Source: Yuukianura sp. NJ FZ-2021
Lineage: Eukaryota
Assembly: GCA_046563655.1 (NCBI GenBank)
Contig: CM102284.1
Span: 6,138,001-6,202,000, forward strand
Reading direction: 5' to 3'
DNA length: 64,000 nt
Below the pieces are notes generated by a model. It saw only the letters and a list, made by a program, of their open reading frames with translations. It searched no databases and was not told where the DNA came from. Both the position numbers and the translations under genes were made by a program. Positions 1 to 13,889 of this stretch are shown here, in pieces. Position 1 is the first letter of the stretch, and each line of letters opens with the position of its first letter.

Positions 1-907
1 TTAATGCATCACTCAGTAACTGACCAGTGTTGATTTCACTCAACTCTGCAAAGGGAATTCAAGAATATTAAATTTATGTCTTAAATTCAAGTTTTGGCTT
101 GAGCAACTTGAAAAACTTGTTTAGGTCAAGGTCACTGGGTCATGTGACATTTGATTGTAAAATGGACGAGGAAAGGCGTCTGTTGCGTCGTTTCCTCTTG
201 AGTACTCTAAATAATTTGTTTCCTTGAGATATAACATGATAACGTAATATCTCGTGCACTAAAAAGTAAATGAAGCAAGTGATTTCATCAGTTGCTTTTA
301 GGCGTGCTGACCATCCTCGTGTCCTTCATAACACACGCATTCTGGAAGGTAATCAACTGGATACAACTTTTTAGTCAAGTGACTCTGTTGGCCAAGCATA
401 ATGAATGTAATTTTGTTTTTGCAGAAGTCTCAGGATGAGATGACATGCCGAAGCTCCAGCTTATGAGAAAACTCTACCATGTAAAATTAACTGGACTCTG
501 GAAGTTTGCCGTTATGTGATACAACTTAAGTTTTCGAAGCTAGGCGTCCATCCCCTGCCTGCTGATTTTGCTCTTGGTGCTGCTTTCTTACTGATGAAGA
601 GTCTCTGCCTGTGTGCTTCGTTGCTTTTAGACTAAAAGTTCAACTCCAAAGTTGTTCGGCATTCGGGAACTGAACTTCGAAGACGCCGGTCCAACTTCAA
701 CTACTAAGGAGAACATGTGGAATAAGGTCTAGAATCCTGTGAATCTATTATAGCTCTCCTCGTCAGTCCACCTACACAACGTACATCAAATTACAAAAAT
801 TTCACAACAAACTTCGCAAATAAGGCGTACAACACCGAATTTCCCCAATTTTCGTCATCAACTGAACGGATTTACAAAATATCTGCAGAAGTTTTTAGTT
901 AATCGTC

Positions 908-3900
908 ATGGCCAATCCGGGTAAGTTTTCATCCAGAATGGATTTTAAACTTGTAATTTTAAAAAAAATATGCCAACTTTATATTCGCAAAATTTTGAAA
1001 TGGCGGCGCAGTGAAATGAAAACTAAACATTGTAGTTATTGAAATTTTTCGGAAAAGAGAACGGGAAGATTTTCATTTAGAAAATTGAAAATCGTGTTTC
1101 TGGAGAAATTGAACTTTTCATTTGAAAACTTGACTTTCTTTCAGTTTTTCAAATTTAGAATGCTTTAAGTCAATAAGGGCGTGTCCGAAATATCAGAAAT
1201 TTCCCTTTTTCAGTACAAAGTCGTGACGCATTTTCAATTAAGTTTGAAACATTTGGAATTTGAAGATGAAAAAGAGGGTTGGGCTGTTTGAACTTTTCGG
1301 AGTTGTTTGCTCTTGAGACGTAGGATTTGTTGGCCGTTGTTTTTTTCAGGTTCTAAATGATCTTGAGAGTACAAAAATAGAAAGTTTGTTTCAATGATCT
1401 TCTGAAATTCCACATCTCTTGAGATTTAGGGGGAAAAGATGCTCAGAATTTATTTTTGGCGTTGTAATTTATACCATTTGGTTTCCTTTGCGCAGCATTT
1501 GATACAAGTACTAAAAACCAGGATGTGCTGCAAGGTTTGAGTGTGGCGGATGAGTCAAAAGCATGAGCCCTGTTCTATTTAATTACGTTCTGGTTCTTGT
1601 TCTGTGTCTATTTTAGAAGCGTGGGTGACACTGGCGACAAATGACTCCTACTGGTATGAATAACATCTGAAAACAACAAAGTTGAAAAATGAATGACCTC
1701 AGATTGTTTTTAACTGTCGTTTTTTGAATTTTTAGCCTGGGAGCACTTGTTCTGGGTACTTCGTTGAGACGCGTAGGAACGACGAGGGACTTGGTCGTTA
1801 TGGTCACTCCGAATGTGTCTCCGTCAATGCGATCAGCACTGCAGTCGGTGTTTAATGTTATTCAAGAAGTCAATGTACTGGATTCGGGAGATGAAGCTAA
1901 CTTGGCTCTTCTGTCACGTCCAGAACTTGGAATCACTTTTACAAAGTTACACTGCTGGAAACTTGTGCAGTATACCAAGTGTGTATTTCTGGATGCCGAT
2001 ACTTTAGTAAGTAAAACACTAACTTGAAATTGAAAACCGAAAAAAAGGACTGAGATTTTTCGAGAGTATTAAAATTTTGACCTTTGACCTTTCAGGTCAT
2101 CCAACCGAGTGACGAATTGTTTGAACGCGAAGAGTTTTCGGCTGCACCGGATGTTGGATGGCCGGATTGTTTCAATTCGGGAGTCTTTGTTTACCGTCCA
2201 TCGCTGGAGACTTACGAACGCCTTTTGGCGTTTGCTCTGGAACAAGGTTTGTGTACACAAGTTTTCAAACTTTTTACTATTTATTTTAATGTTAATTTTA
2301 TATTATTTTTGTAGGTTCGTTTGATGGGGGAGATCAGGGGCTTCTGAATCGATTTTTCAGCGATTGGTCTACAGCGGATATCAAAAAACACTTGCCGTTT
2401 GTGTACAACATGGTCGCTTCTGCAGTTTACAGCTATTTACCAGCATACAAAGTGTAAGTTACTGAAAAAAAATGAAAGAAAAACGATTTTTTTTTCGAAA
2501 AAAGCATTTTTATGCTTGAACAATTTAGAGACGTCCAATTTTTAAACTTTTCATGGACGAAGTTATTTACGACTCTACAAAAGTTGTCTTGAATCTGGTG
2601 TTCCATATAGTTGGTTTTTGGAATTTTGTTTTAAAAAGATTTTGATTTTGAGTTTTTTGGAATTCTGAATTGAAATTCTATTTTTTAACAGTTTTCAAAT
2701 TTTACTTTTACTTTCGGTTTCAGATTTGGCCAAAATGTGAAAATTGCTCACTTCATTGGTCCGAACAAACCGTGGTTGCAATTTCTGGACACCGTCACTG
2801 GAACTGTCCATCCTTCGCCAGACCAAGCCAATATCGTTGACCTGCTTCAAGCATGGTGGGACATTTTCAAGTCCGAAGTGCACCACAAATTGGTTCCGGA
2901 CATGGTAACTTTTTAAACTTTAAAAAGCAACTTTACTTTTGACGCAACTCTTCTAAAAATGTGTAGTTTGAAGTAGTTTAGTAGTTCTAACAATTGTTTG
3001 GTTTTCTAAAAATGGTTTGTCGTGTTCTAATTGACTTAATTAAGCTCCACCATGGCGAGGATACCACGGCCACGGTCATGGAACAGGTTGAGAATTTAAG
3101 TTTTCAGTCGGTGGATCCCTTCCCTTCTGTTTCTTTTTTTCATCCTCCAGTAAAGCATGAGGAACCTCTTGACCTTGACAATTTAGGCGTTGCAATTAGG
3201 CGGTTCCCTCCTGAACCTTATATACCTCCACCCGTCCCACCATCCGCCCCACCACCACAAATATATTCCGCACATCAATCACGCGAAATACATTTTAGTC
3301 CAAAAATTTCACAACCTCCCATATACTGTCCTGTACATTATCCAAACCTCAAGCCTCAAGAACAATTTCAACAATCCGAATTCCACTCCCGCCCTCCTAA
3401 TGTTCAACCTCAGCAATATTCCGAGCCCCACCAACAATTTCAGTCAGAGCCCCACCACCAGCAGCAGCAGTTTCATTCAGAGCCCCACCATCAGCAGCAG
3501 TTTCATTCAGAGTCCCACCCTCCACAACAACCCCACCACCAGCATTCTAGTTCCGAACGACAGCCCCACCATTCGCATACAGAATTCCACCAACACCAGC
3601 CCCACCCAGATTCCTCGCATGACCGAAAAACTCACGAGAGCCCTCACACTTATCCTACTGCGCATGAGCACCACACGCCTCAGCACTTGCCTGCCCCACC
3701 CGTCCCACGTTCTGATCCCACTTCCTCTTCCAGGTCTAGAATACTAGAGAAATCGGAAGCTCCTCCCCCTCCCGAAGACCCCGCCCAATGCTGCTGTAGA
3801 GTTGATGCTGCCGATGCTGGCTCAGCTTCTAATGTTGCCGAATCTCCCTCTGAGACAGGGACAACCGTAAGTATTCAGATTCCAAAATGGAACAGGGCAA

Positions 3901-6092
3901 GCAAGTGTGAATCGAACATGTTTTAGAACTTAGGGGGCATCAGTGACTAATTAAACTTCTACTGCTCAAAATGTCGCCGCATTTACAAAAATCACGTCGC
4001 TTGTTCAGACATTTCATGGTTAGTAAGTAGTTGCTTTGCAGCTTCTAACATCCCCAACCCTCCCTGTGTGACATTTCAGTTGTTTGATTTGTTTTTAGTT
4101 GTATTTTGGTTAAAAGTTTAACCTGCTTGGGGTACTTTGTTTTAAATTTTGAACAGGGAAGTAATAATTTGAATTTTTTGGATGTTTAGAAAGGACTTGC
4201 GGGAGTTTTTGCTCAAATGTCGCTGGAAGGATCCAAATCTGCTGAGCAATTGGAACACGAAAGCATTATGAGAAAACATGCTTGGGAGCAAGGACATATC
4301 GACTTTCTAGGAAGAGATTCCTTCGACAATATTTACAAAAAGATTCAAGAGAGCATGGCACAAGCGAGTAAGTTTTAAAAAATGAAACTCCATTGAAAGC
4401 GAAATTTAAACCGTAAAATTTTAAAACTGATTTTTGAAAACTTTCAGGCGCTGAGAGGGCAAAGAAAGAGAAAACGCCGGAGAAGGTCAAGCGAAGGTCT
4501 CCACCAAAAACCGTGGCTACTGCCAAAGTTCCTCCGTCTGCTGAGCCAGTTGCTGTTCAAGGTGCTGCTGCAGTTGAAGCTGCTGCTCCTCCGGCCGAAG
4601 TTCCCGTTGCTCCAGTTCAAGTTGCTGCTGCAGCGGTGGAAGTTGCAGCTGCTGCTGCAGAAGTCGCTTCTGTTCCGGCCGAAGTTGCTGCTGCCCCGGC
4701 TGAAGTTAGTACGGCACCAGCTGAAGTTGCTACTGCTGCTCCATCTGGCTGACGCTGTTTCTGCTGTCACCATTGCCACAAGGAGGAGATGTTACCGACA
4801 GCGTAGCACCACCACTACCAGTTGCTGAAGCCGTTGCACCATCGGCAGAACCGACACCATCTTGTGAAGCACCAGTGACTCAAGCATCAGCGCTAGACCT
4901 TGAACTGGAAGGTCGAGCGCCAGTTGACGAACCGTTGATAACTCCATCCTGTTGTCCACAACCATGCATATGTCATCCACGGAAGCCTTTGGAAAGTACA
5001 GAACCACCTCGGGAGCTTAGTTTGGATGAATTGGAAGATGAAATTTTGGCTGTCGAGAGAGCTGCCCTGGAAAAGAAATTAACTGAACAGAAAAAAGTTG
5101 CTGAGCAAAAATTGATTAGTGAAAGAGCTGCTGCCGCTGAAGCTGCAGCTAAGAAACAGGAAGCCGTCGCTGCGGAAGCTGCAAAGTCAGAACAAGCTGC
5201 TCCACCACCAGCACAACCAGAACCTGTTCCGGAAATGCAAGAAGCTAAAATCGAAGAAGTCAAATCCAGTCCAGTTGAAGCACAGCCGCCTCCGGTAGCA
5301 CCAGCCGATGTAGTCACAACTCCAGAATCAAAACCATCAGAAGTTCCGGCCACAACAGAAACTCCAGTAGCTGCACCTCCACCAGCAACAGAGCCACCAG
5401 TAGCTGCTGTCGCTGCAGCAGAAACACAAGCGGCTGCTCCTCCAGCGTCACAAGTAACTGAACCTCAAGCCAAAGAGGAGCCTGTAGCTGCCAAACCGGA
5501 AACGGAAGTAGCAAAAGCCGAAGCAAAACCGGAACCTGTCGTTGCGTCTTCAGAGCCTTCAGTATCGGAAGTACCAGTCAAGCCGGAAGCAGTAGCACCA
5601 GCACCAGAACCTTCCGTTGCTGTTATCAGTCCACAATCTTCTGTGGATACTGCTGCTGCACCGGAACCGAAACCAGTTGAAGCTGCTGCACCGCCTGCTA
5701 AATCAGAAACTCCGATCGCTGAAGCACCAGTCAAACCGGAAGTTGCTGCTGTACCACCAGCCAAACCGGAAGTTCCAGCTGCTGCGCCAGCCAAACCGGA
5801 AGCTCCTACCAAGCCGAAAGCTAAAGCGAAATCTGGTGTTCCCACAGCTAAGCCGGAAGCAGCAGCACATCCAGCCAAACCGGAAGCTCCTGCTGCTGCA
5901 CCAGCCAAACCGGAAGCTGCTGCTGCAGCAGAATCAAAGGCACCAGAAGCTCCAGCCAAGCCAGCAGAAGCCCAGGCCGCCGCTTCATCCAAGCCGGACG
6001 CTCCAGCGAAAAAGGAAAGCGCTGCTGGCGCTTCAAAACCTCAAGAACCCAAAGCTCCGCCACGTAAACAAGCAGCCAAAGGTAAAAAGTAA
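908..6092 (+). CDS. Gyg: Glycogenin (GT8 glycosyltransferase), multi-exon, with extended low-complexity isoforms
   Basis: Hand-spliced exons 908-920, 1617-1653, 1736-2006, 2096-2246, 2315-2453, 2724-2904, [3045-3866], 4190-4367, then 4448-4752 or 4783-6092, all GT-AG and in frame. Motifs: [25 protein letters not shown] (DxD), [37 protein letters not shown], and the glycogen-synthase-binding motif [21 protein letters not shown]. Confidence 0.93.
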
Positions 6093-7739
6093 ATTCGAAA
6101 AATGATGAAATTACGAAGTCAACGATTCAAAATTACAGAGATTAATTGAGATTAATACAGAGATTATTAACTATCACAGTTACAACTTCAAACGAAATCG
6201 AAATACTCAAAAAAATACTGAAATAGGCAATAGTTTAAAGATTTCTCTAATAATTAATAATTAATTTGGTTAATTAATTTTAGTATATTATATTAATTGT
6301 AAAAGATTTCCTTTGTTTCTTTCTCTGTTCCTTCTGGGTGATTTTTTCGAAACTAACAAAAATGTGTGCTGGATTTACACTGTGTGCAGCTTGGTCACTA
6401 CTTGCTACTGCCGGAGCCACAATCGTTGGAGTATCACTTGGAACGATTCTGTACCTTCGACGCTGAAATTTCGAAAACAAAATCGAATTTCGACAAAAAA
6501 AAAAATTCGAAAATTCTAAAAATTCGTTACTAGAAAAATGTTGTACTAACGCTTCGTCAGTTTAACTAGTCAAGTGTTTAAAACATGGGCCGCAATGGTT
6601 ATCATTTACTATTAAAAATCGCCCTAAAAATATATAAACTAAAGTGACTGAAGTTTAGCACGACAATAAATTGCGCAAAATCAATCAAATACTTGTTACC
6701 AAAAAGTGCCTTTTGGTTGTGAAAAATTTCAAGTGCCAAAATACTAATTTACTAATTGCAATTACTAATTTTAGTTAGTATGTAAGCTGCGTGTGAATTT
6801 TCGTGTTTTAGTGTTCAGTGTTTTTGAATTTGTAGGAAATTGTGTTTAGCTGTTTTTGTTTTCTGCTTTTTTCGTTTGTTCTGTTTAGATATAATTGATT
6901 ATCTAAATATTTAGTTTAATTTAAGTAATTGTAGAACTACTTATTTGAATAAACTTGGTAAAATCAAAAAAGAAAAAATTTATCGGTAACCCAACCTATC
7001 AAAATTGCAATTTTATTAACTGAGAGACTGATCCCTCCACTTAAATCAGACATGTGTTTCTTATTTAAAAAAATCGAAATTTAAAAATATCTGTTAGATG
7101 GACCGTACCACCTCCTCCGTCCAGCAGTATTTTACACACTCAAAATAATAAAATATGAAATTTATAACAACGTTTTGAATTAATATAATAATTTGAAAGT
7201 TTAAATCGTAACATAACTAATGTGGTTTCCACATACAAAAAATTGCAGAATTTTCAAAATAAAAAATAATTCATCGAAAAATAAAACGAGCGATTTTTCG
7301 ATTTCTTGAAGAATTATAATTTCGAATTAAAATAAAATTTCAATTTTTTTTGAAAATTGAATTACAAAAATCGTCTTAACTTGGCGCAACAGTGCAACTA
7401 AATTTAAATCGTTGACCCCTCTCGACCTCCTCCGCCTTTGCCGAGTTACATAACATTTAAATTATCCTAAATAACATTATTATATTAAAATATTAATGCA
7501 CTGAATATGTAACTGTGATATAATTAAATTAAATATATTATAATATTATTTAGTTCCTATTTCACACATCAGAAGCTCACAGAGTGAAAGTCATTCGAAA
7601 ATGCCATGGGTTTGTGCTGGAAGATTTGTGTTTAGTTAGCAGGGTTAGGTTCATTTGGCTATCTTGGAGTTAATTAAGTTTGATTTAATTGTAGTTAAAT
7701 TTAAAATTGAGGCGAGTTAAACTGGGTGACTAGTCAGCT

Positions 7740-10700
7740 TTAGCTTGAAGACTTCAAGTAATCTGAGCTAAAGACAGACGTCTTACGATGAATTGAGCGC
7801 ACACGCACGAATAGAAAAGCAGCAACGAGTGACGCTACGACAAGCATCAGCAGCAGCATCACCAAACCTCCGACGAACGACGATACTGACATGCAAATTC
7901 CGTCAATTTCACGACCATTGCGCCGACTCTCCACGACGACAGATTCGATGCTACTGTTCCCTGAGGCTCCGTTCAGACTAAAAGCGACGTCTCCCGGAGC
8001 GACAACCTGAAATTGATCGAAAATTTCAAGGTCAAAGGTCAAGGTCAGAAAAATTGAACAATTAAATGTTGGGCTATGCCATGTCAAGTAGTCATGAAAC
8101 GTCGTCAATGACTACTAACGACAAACTGTCGTATGATCAGGGTCGTCAAAAATATGTGTTAAAAACCACCCGAAATAGACAAAAAAAATTGTTTTTCTAC
8201 AAATTGCCCAAATACGTATACTTATTTAACGTTAAGGGCTTTGGCAAATAAGTAAATATTTAGGAACAAAAATCCCGCAAATATTTTTCTATTAAAATTA
8301 CGTGCTGGGAGAATAAATATGTTTGACATCCCTGCTTATGACGTCACACATATAAAATGTTAAACCACTTTCTCACCTGAATGACGCGCGTCGTTGGAAC
8401 GTCCGTCATTTCTTGAGCAGCTCGTTTATAAACATGTGACACATGAAAAACAAGGTGACCATCGTCGTCAATGCCTCGTCGTTGTCTTGGTCGTTGAAAA
8501 TCAACTGACCTCGGGCGACCTCCGAGAGCCGCAAAAGTAGGTTCCTTTCCTTGCTCTTCTTCATCTTCATCATCTTCTTCAGCTCTTCCTTGTTCATCAA
8601 TGACCACGCCCTCTCGCTTGACATTTGCATAGCCCGGGTGCGGCGGAAGTGGTGGCAACATGATATTGCTTGGCTGAGCTGGCATTGGGAGTGGCATGGG
8701 AATACCCTGAGGATGAGGCTGTGGCTGTTTCTTGAATTGGTGAAAGTTCTGAGGCGGAAGTGGCGGCAAATTGTTTTGACGCAAGTTTTGATCCTGTGGA
8801 ATCGGAGCCTGAGGGCGGCCATTTTGAAATTGAGGTTGCTGGTTGGCCTGAACTGTTTGAAATTTAGTTTCAGACGGACTTTGTTGTTGTTCTTCTGAAG
8901 ATTGCTGCGGAGCGACAACTTTCTCTTTTTTCTCTGAATAAGCGCCGTGGGGTGCTCGGGGATCTAGAAATACACAAAAAATTTTAAAATCTTGACATTT
9001 TTTTTTGCAAAATTTTGAATTGAAAAAAATTTTACCAGCGATTCCTGGTCCGGGAAGTCCAGGAGGGCCATAATGTTCGTCACCCCCGCCGCATTTGGGT
9101 TCTGGACACTGGAAGCGACATACTTGAATGACACACTGGAAGTGAACGTTCATTGAATCCGGAAATTTGAAGGCTTGGAAGTATGCGTAGGACACGACAG
9201 AGGCTGACGGTCCGAAGTTTTTGATTTTATGAAATCTGGACATAATTTTTGGACGTGTGACACAACCGTATTGGTCAACCAGTTGAATTGGAGCTCGTTT
9301 TCCATCATGTGCGACACAGTTACGTACTAACATGTCGAATTTGTTTTCATCATCTTTGATAGCCAGGACCATCTAAAACAAAATTTCCAAAGTTTTTCAA
9401 AAAATTCAAAATTTTCAACTTTTCCTTTATTGGAGGAATCCTTCAATTTCTATCAATTTTAAAAAATTTACCGTCATTGTTTGGCCAATTTTCACAATTC
9501 CAGAGACTTCTGATGCCCACGGGCCTTTTCCAACCTAAATATTTTTACAAAAATCAATTATTTTGAAAATCTTAAGATTTTCAAAAAAATCTTAAATCTT
9601 CTAGGATGAACAAAAATCTAAAAAGTGAAATTTGATAACTTTGACATATCCTTTATACCTGAATTTGCATCCAGCATTGAAGGTTGTCACCCAAAAAGTT
9701 AGCCGTGACAGCATGGAGCATGTCAACTTGAAACGGCCTAAAGGTCACCGACTTTTCATAAAAGTCGTACCAAGTACATCTCAATTTCCTTGCTTGGTCC
9801 CAGATCTCTTGCACAAGTGGGTCAAATTGGACAATGATCGTGTTTTCCACAAAAGTGCCTGAGGGCGTGGGTCCCGGTGGGCCATAGATTCCATTTGAGT
9901 TGGCACTGGAACTCATGCCACAAGAGTCCAAGTAGATGTCAAAAGTAGCACTGAGGTGACCAGACCCTGGAGCCAAGTGGACACAGTGTGGATCAGAGTA
10001 GTAGCCCTTGGAGAAGATTAACCCATAGAACGGCCGGTCAAACTCAATGTTAACCCGCATGTGTGACTTTTCGCATTGGACTTGGAGGACTTTGATTTGG
10101 GGCATGTCATGCTGTGTCTGGAGTGGCCAATCTTGGTCTGCCCCACCCCCGCCCCCTTGAAGTGGAAAAGGTGCGGGGTGGGGAGGGGGATGGTGGGGTG
10201 GGGGGAGGCCACCGAGTCCGGGCGGTGGGGGGCCATAACCCCCCGGGGGTTGGGGAAACCCTATCCTGTGTTCGGCTGGCATCGCAATTTGATCTGGTGG
10301 AATTGAGTTTCTCGAGCCACCGACGTTGCTATTTTGATCACTGGAAGCGATCTGTGCAAAGAAAATACAAAAAATTGTTGATTTTTGTTCTGTTTTGTTT
10401 GATTTTTTCCCAAAATTGCGTTAGTTTTTCAAAAAAATTTGAAAGGTGAAGTTTTAAGTGTGGGAACTCAATTTTAAGGTTGAGTGAAACTGGTCTTGTT
10501 AAATGGTTTAGAATTCTGGTCAGTGGTCGCCTTCGACCAAAGTGGCTTAGATTAGGCCTAAGTTTTCAAAGTGGGTGAAGAAGCTTATAGTTCACAGCTG
10601 AATACGTTAAGAGGTCAAAGGTCATCCAAGCGAAACCAAAGGTACGTGCGTCTTTAGTAGGTTTTTACCCTACTACTGCCCTCATGTTATTAAATTCTCA

Positions 10701-13700
10701 TCAGCTTAAAACTGCTAAGCCAAACCAAAGAGAAAAGCAAGATACTTAAAGTTTACAACAACAAAATTTTGGCAAATGGTTTGGGTGGATTACGTTTTTA
10801 GAGAATTTGAAATTCCGACGTCAATTCAAGGCATTTTGCCAATTTTCGATTTTTTGGCTCTGGTGGTGTCATGATTTTGAACTTTTCAAATTTTCCATTG
10901 TTTTAAAGATTTGAAGAAAACTTTCACAGTTTGTTCATGTTCATTCCTAGAAAAGTGTGTGGGGGTGTAGCCAAGTGTGTCAAAAAACGGAGGAAGTTGA
11001 GCCAAGAGAGACCTAATGACACAGTGTCAGCAAAAAGCAAAAAAAGTTTCCATTTTTAGCAAAACCTAACGCACCGTGTTGCATACTTCGTTTGTTAAGT
11101 CACTTTCTCCCCAAAAACAATAGAACTTTTACAAATTTTACTGATTTCTTACCTCAAGTACCTTAACTTAAGCTTAATTTCTCCTAACAAAACTTTAACC
11201 TAACATTTTGACTAATGTAATGACGACAATTGAATAAGTTGCGGTTGGCAAAACCTAGCTATTGTCTCTCTGCTAATTCCCAAATTAGTTTCTGTCTTGT
11301 GCGTATCCCAATTATTTTGGATTGACAAAATTTCATAAAATTTCACATATCAAATATGAAATTTCCTGTCATTATATTACACGTTTCAATTTCAAAGTTC
11401 CAAAAGCGAAGTTCCGTTTTTGGGAGTCACTTCTCCCCCCACACGGTTTCCTTTGAAGTTGAAAATTCCAAAAGTGTCCCATTTCCTGAAGACTTTACTA
11501 AGAAAAGGGAAAGGCTTCTCAAATTAGTAGTCGAATAATGTCTATGCATCGTTTTTCTTTTGTTTGAAAATGTTTGACCTGACGGGTGACCTCAATTTTT
11601 TCAAAATACGTGACCCACCCACTTGCTCCAGATTCTTAGTTTTCCAAAGATAGTATTTCACCTGAGTAAGAGAGAAGATTGTCTTTTGTAACGGAAGTAG
11701 ACATTACTATATAGTACATACACAGAATGGTCTTAATCAGTTTTCATTGTTGTTTTCACCTGTTTCAAAAAACTTCCGTTACTTTTGAATCTTCAAAAGT
11801 CCTTGGGCACTAAAAGGCTTTAACATGTTTAATATTTCTGAATGAAGGGAGAGACAAAGGCTCTGCGTTTCAGTAAACAATGGATTTTCGAATTATTAAT
11901 CTACGATCGTCCACAGAAGAGTGACAAAGACAAAGGACAATTTTTGATGTCCAAATAACTGCAATTTTGAAATTTTGAAAGATTTGGAATTTGGATTTTC
12001 CACAACAAAGATACTTATGCAGTGGAATTCGGATTCTTACACACAAAACTGCAAAGATTTAGCAATTAAAATAACAAGATTTCAGCTAATTTGAAAATTG
12101 AAGTACAAAATATCTTCAATTTGAAAATTGTAGTGCAAAATTTCGTCTAATTTGAAAACTGAAAAACGAACTTTTTAAATTTTTTAAACTTTTATTAAGC
12201 TTTTTAAATTATACAAAAACTAGAAAACAATCGCTGTTTTATATTGCTCGATACTTAAGGCAAGAATCGTCGACTAAAAAGATTTTTGCTGTTTGCATCA
12301 TTTTAAAACTGAAGTTAAAAAATGAGTTTTGAGACTTTTAGTGAAATATTTTCGAAAGTTTGGAAATTTGATTCAACGGAACTTCTTGTTTTTATTAGAG
12401 AATGTGTTTTAAAATTTTAGCAGCCTCTATTGAGAAATTGAGATGAATGATGATCTTCTGAATTATGATGAGAATGCGAGGGTGCAGCAGAAGATGCGTG
12501 TCAATTGTATTTTTTCCTTTGCCCATGGCTCTCTGTGTTTTATTTTGTGCTCTAAATTCCTTGTGTGAGTTCCATTGTGTTTAGGTTGAACACTGTTCAA
12601 TTAAATGTGGTAAATAGTAGGCTGTAGGCTGTGGGTGAACATTTTGTAGGTGAGAACAGTCTTCGATTCCTTGGATTAACCTATTAGGTTTAGGCATTTT
12701 CAAAATGAACATGACACAACGAATCTCGGACATCATCAAATAAAAAAACAGAACGGCAACATTCAAACGTGTCCCACATTTTCAAAAAAAGCAAAAAAAA
12801 AAGTTTGCCAAATGCAAACTCTTGGCGTCGGAACATTTGAGGCAAAAAAAATTTCACAGACTTTGGAAATGTCAACTAACTGCGAATTTTTTTTTCAAAA
12901 TTGACAGGAACGCGAACTTTGAAACTAAAAAAAAATCAAATTTCTATGCTTCCTTTTCACTCCTGCAACTTTAAAGTTTCCAAAAATCAAACCGTATTTC
13001 AATTTCAACAGTTTCAAACTCTAAAAACAAATGACTCGGCTATAACTTTTTCTAAGCGTTGCAAAATCTAAAAAAAAAGATAACAAAATTTTGAGATGCA
13101 CTACAGTAAACTGCAAAATTTTGAGATGTAAAACAGTGAACTGCAAAATTCTGAAAAAAAAAGTAAATGAAACTATACGCGCGTGCGTAATGGTCATAAT
13201 GGTCACTTTGACCCAGACATTGAATTTGTCCAAATGGAAATATCATTGTCACGTTCGTTTGCACTTAAGCCAAAATTCAGCATTAGCTCTTCCAAGTGAC
13301 TGGTTCATTCATTCGTTTATTAGCGCCGGCAGTTAGGGTAGTGATGGTGCGTTGTTAATGGGATTCTGTTAGTAGGCCAAAGGCACCCAGCCACACTCCA
13401 CTTACGAACTGAATTCCAATTTAGCAACTTAAGTTTTGCCCGGTGGCTATTTTACCACCGGGTGGCTACTGGTAGCCACTTCGGAAGACGTTACGAAAAA
13501 TTAATTTGGACAATACGGAACCTTGACATTGCTAAAAATAGCTCACCTAAATTAATAAATTACCCATGAGGCAAAAACGTAAAATTTACAGTAAGATTTA
13601 AACTGAAAAAAAAATGTAAGAAACACTTTCATTTTTTTGGAAAACAAAAATTGTAATTCGAGATTGGCTTTGATAGTTGTGAAAGTGAGTAGAATTGGAA

Positions 13701-13889
13701 TAGGAATTGAATTGAATTATATAAGTACTATTAAAGCAAGTATAACAAAAGAAGAGATTGCTTTTTACTTAATCTGATAAATTGCAATTTGCAAAAAATT
13801 GTTGTTACCCTTGAGCAGAAGAGGACAAGGACAATGAGAGCATCACGAAGTCCAGGCAGTCGCAAACTTTCTACTTTTTGTCGTTCCAT
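7740..13889 (-). CDS. m: ZP-domain apical ECM/cuticle protein of the miniature/dusky family (most similar to miniature)
   Basis: Exons 13889-13809 (signal-peptide-like MERQKVESLRLPGLRDALIVLVLFCSR), 10351-9659, 9534-9472, 9372-9036, 8963-8377, 8006-7740, all phase-compatible. ZP motifs VQCEKSHMRVNIEFDRPFYG, CWMQIQVGKGPWASEVSGIVKIGQTMTMVLAIKDD and QAFKFPDSMNVHFQC; furin-like RQRR; C-terminal TM helix. The miniature versus dusky/dusky-like assignment is from recall only. Confidence 0.9.
13085..13152. repeat. 30-nt tandem repeat, ~2.3 copies, in ZP gene intron
   Basis: CAAAATTTTGAGATG(CACT/TAAA)ACAGT(A/G)AACTG repeated. Confidence 0.6.

Noticed and set aside
340-730. Possible extra upstream coding exons of glycogenin
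   Set aside because: Splice-like signals exist, but no sustained ORF joins the glycogenin frame.
4444-6105. Overlapping and antisense ORFs in the glycogenin tail region
   Set aside because: By-products of GCT/CCA/GAA-rich low-complexity coding sequence.
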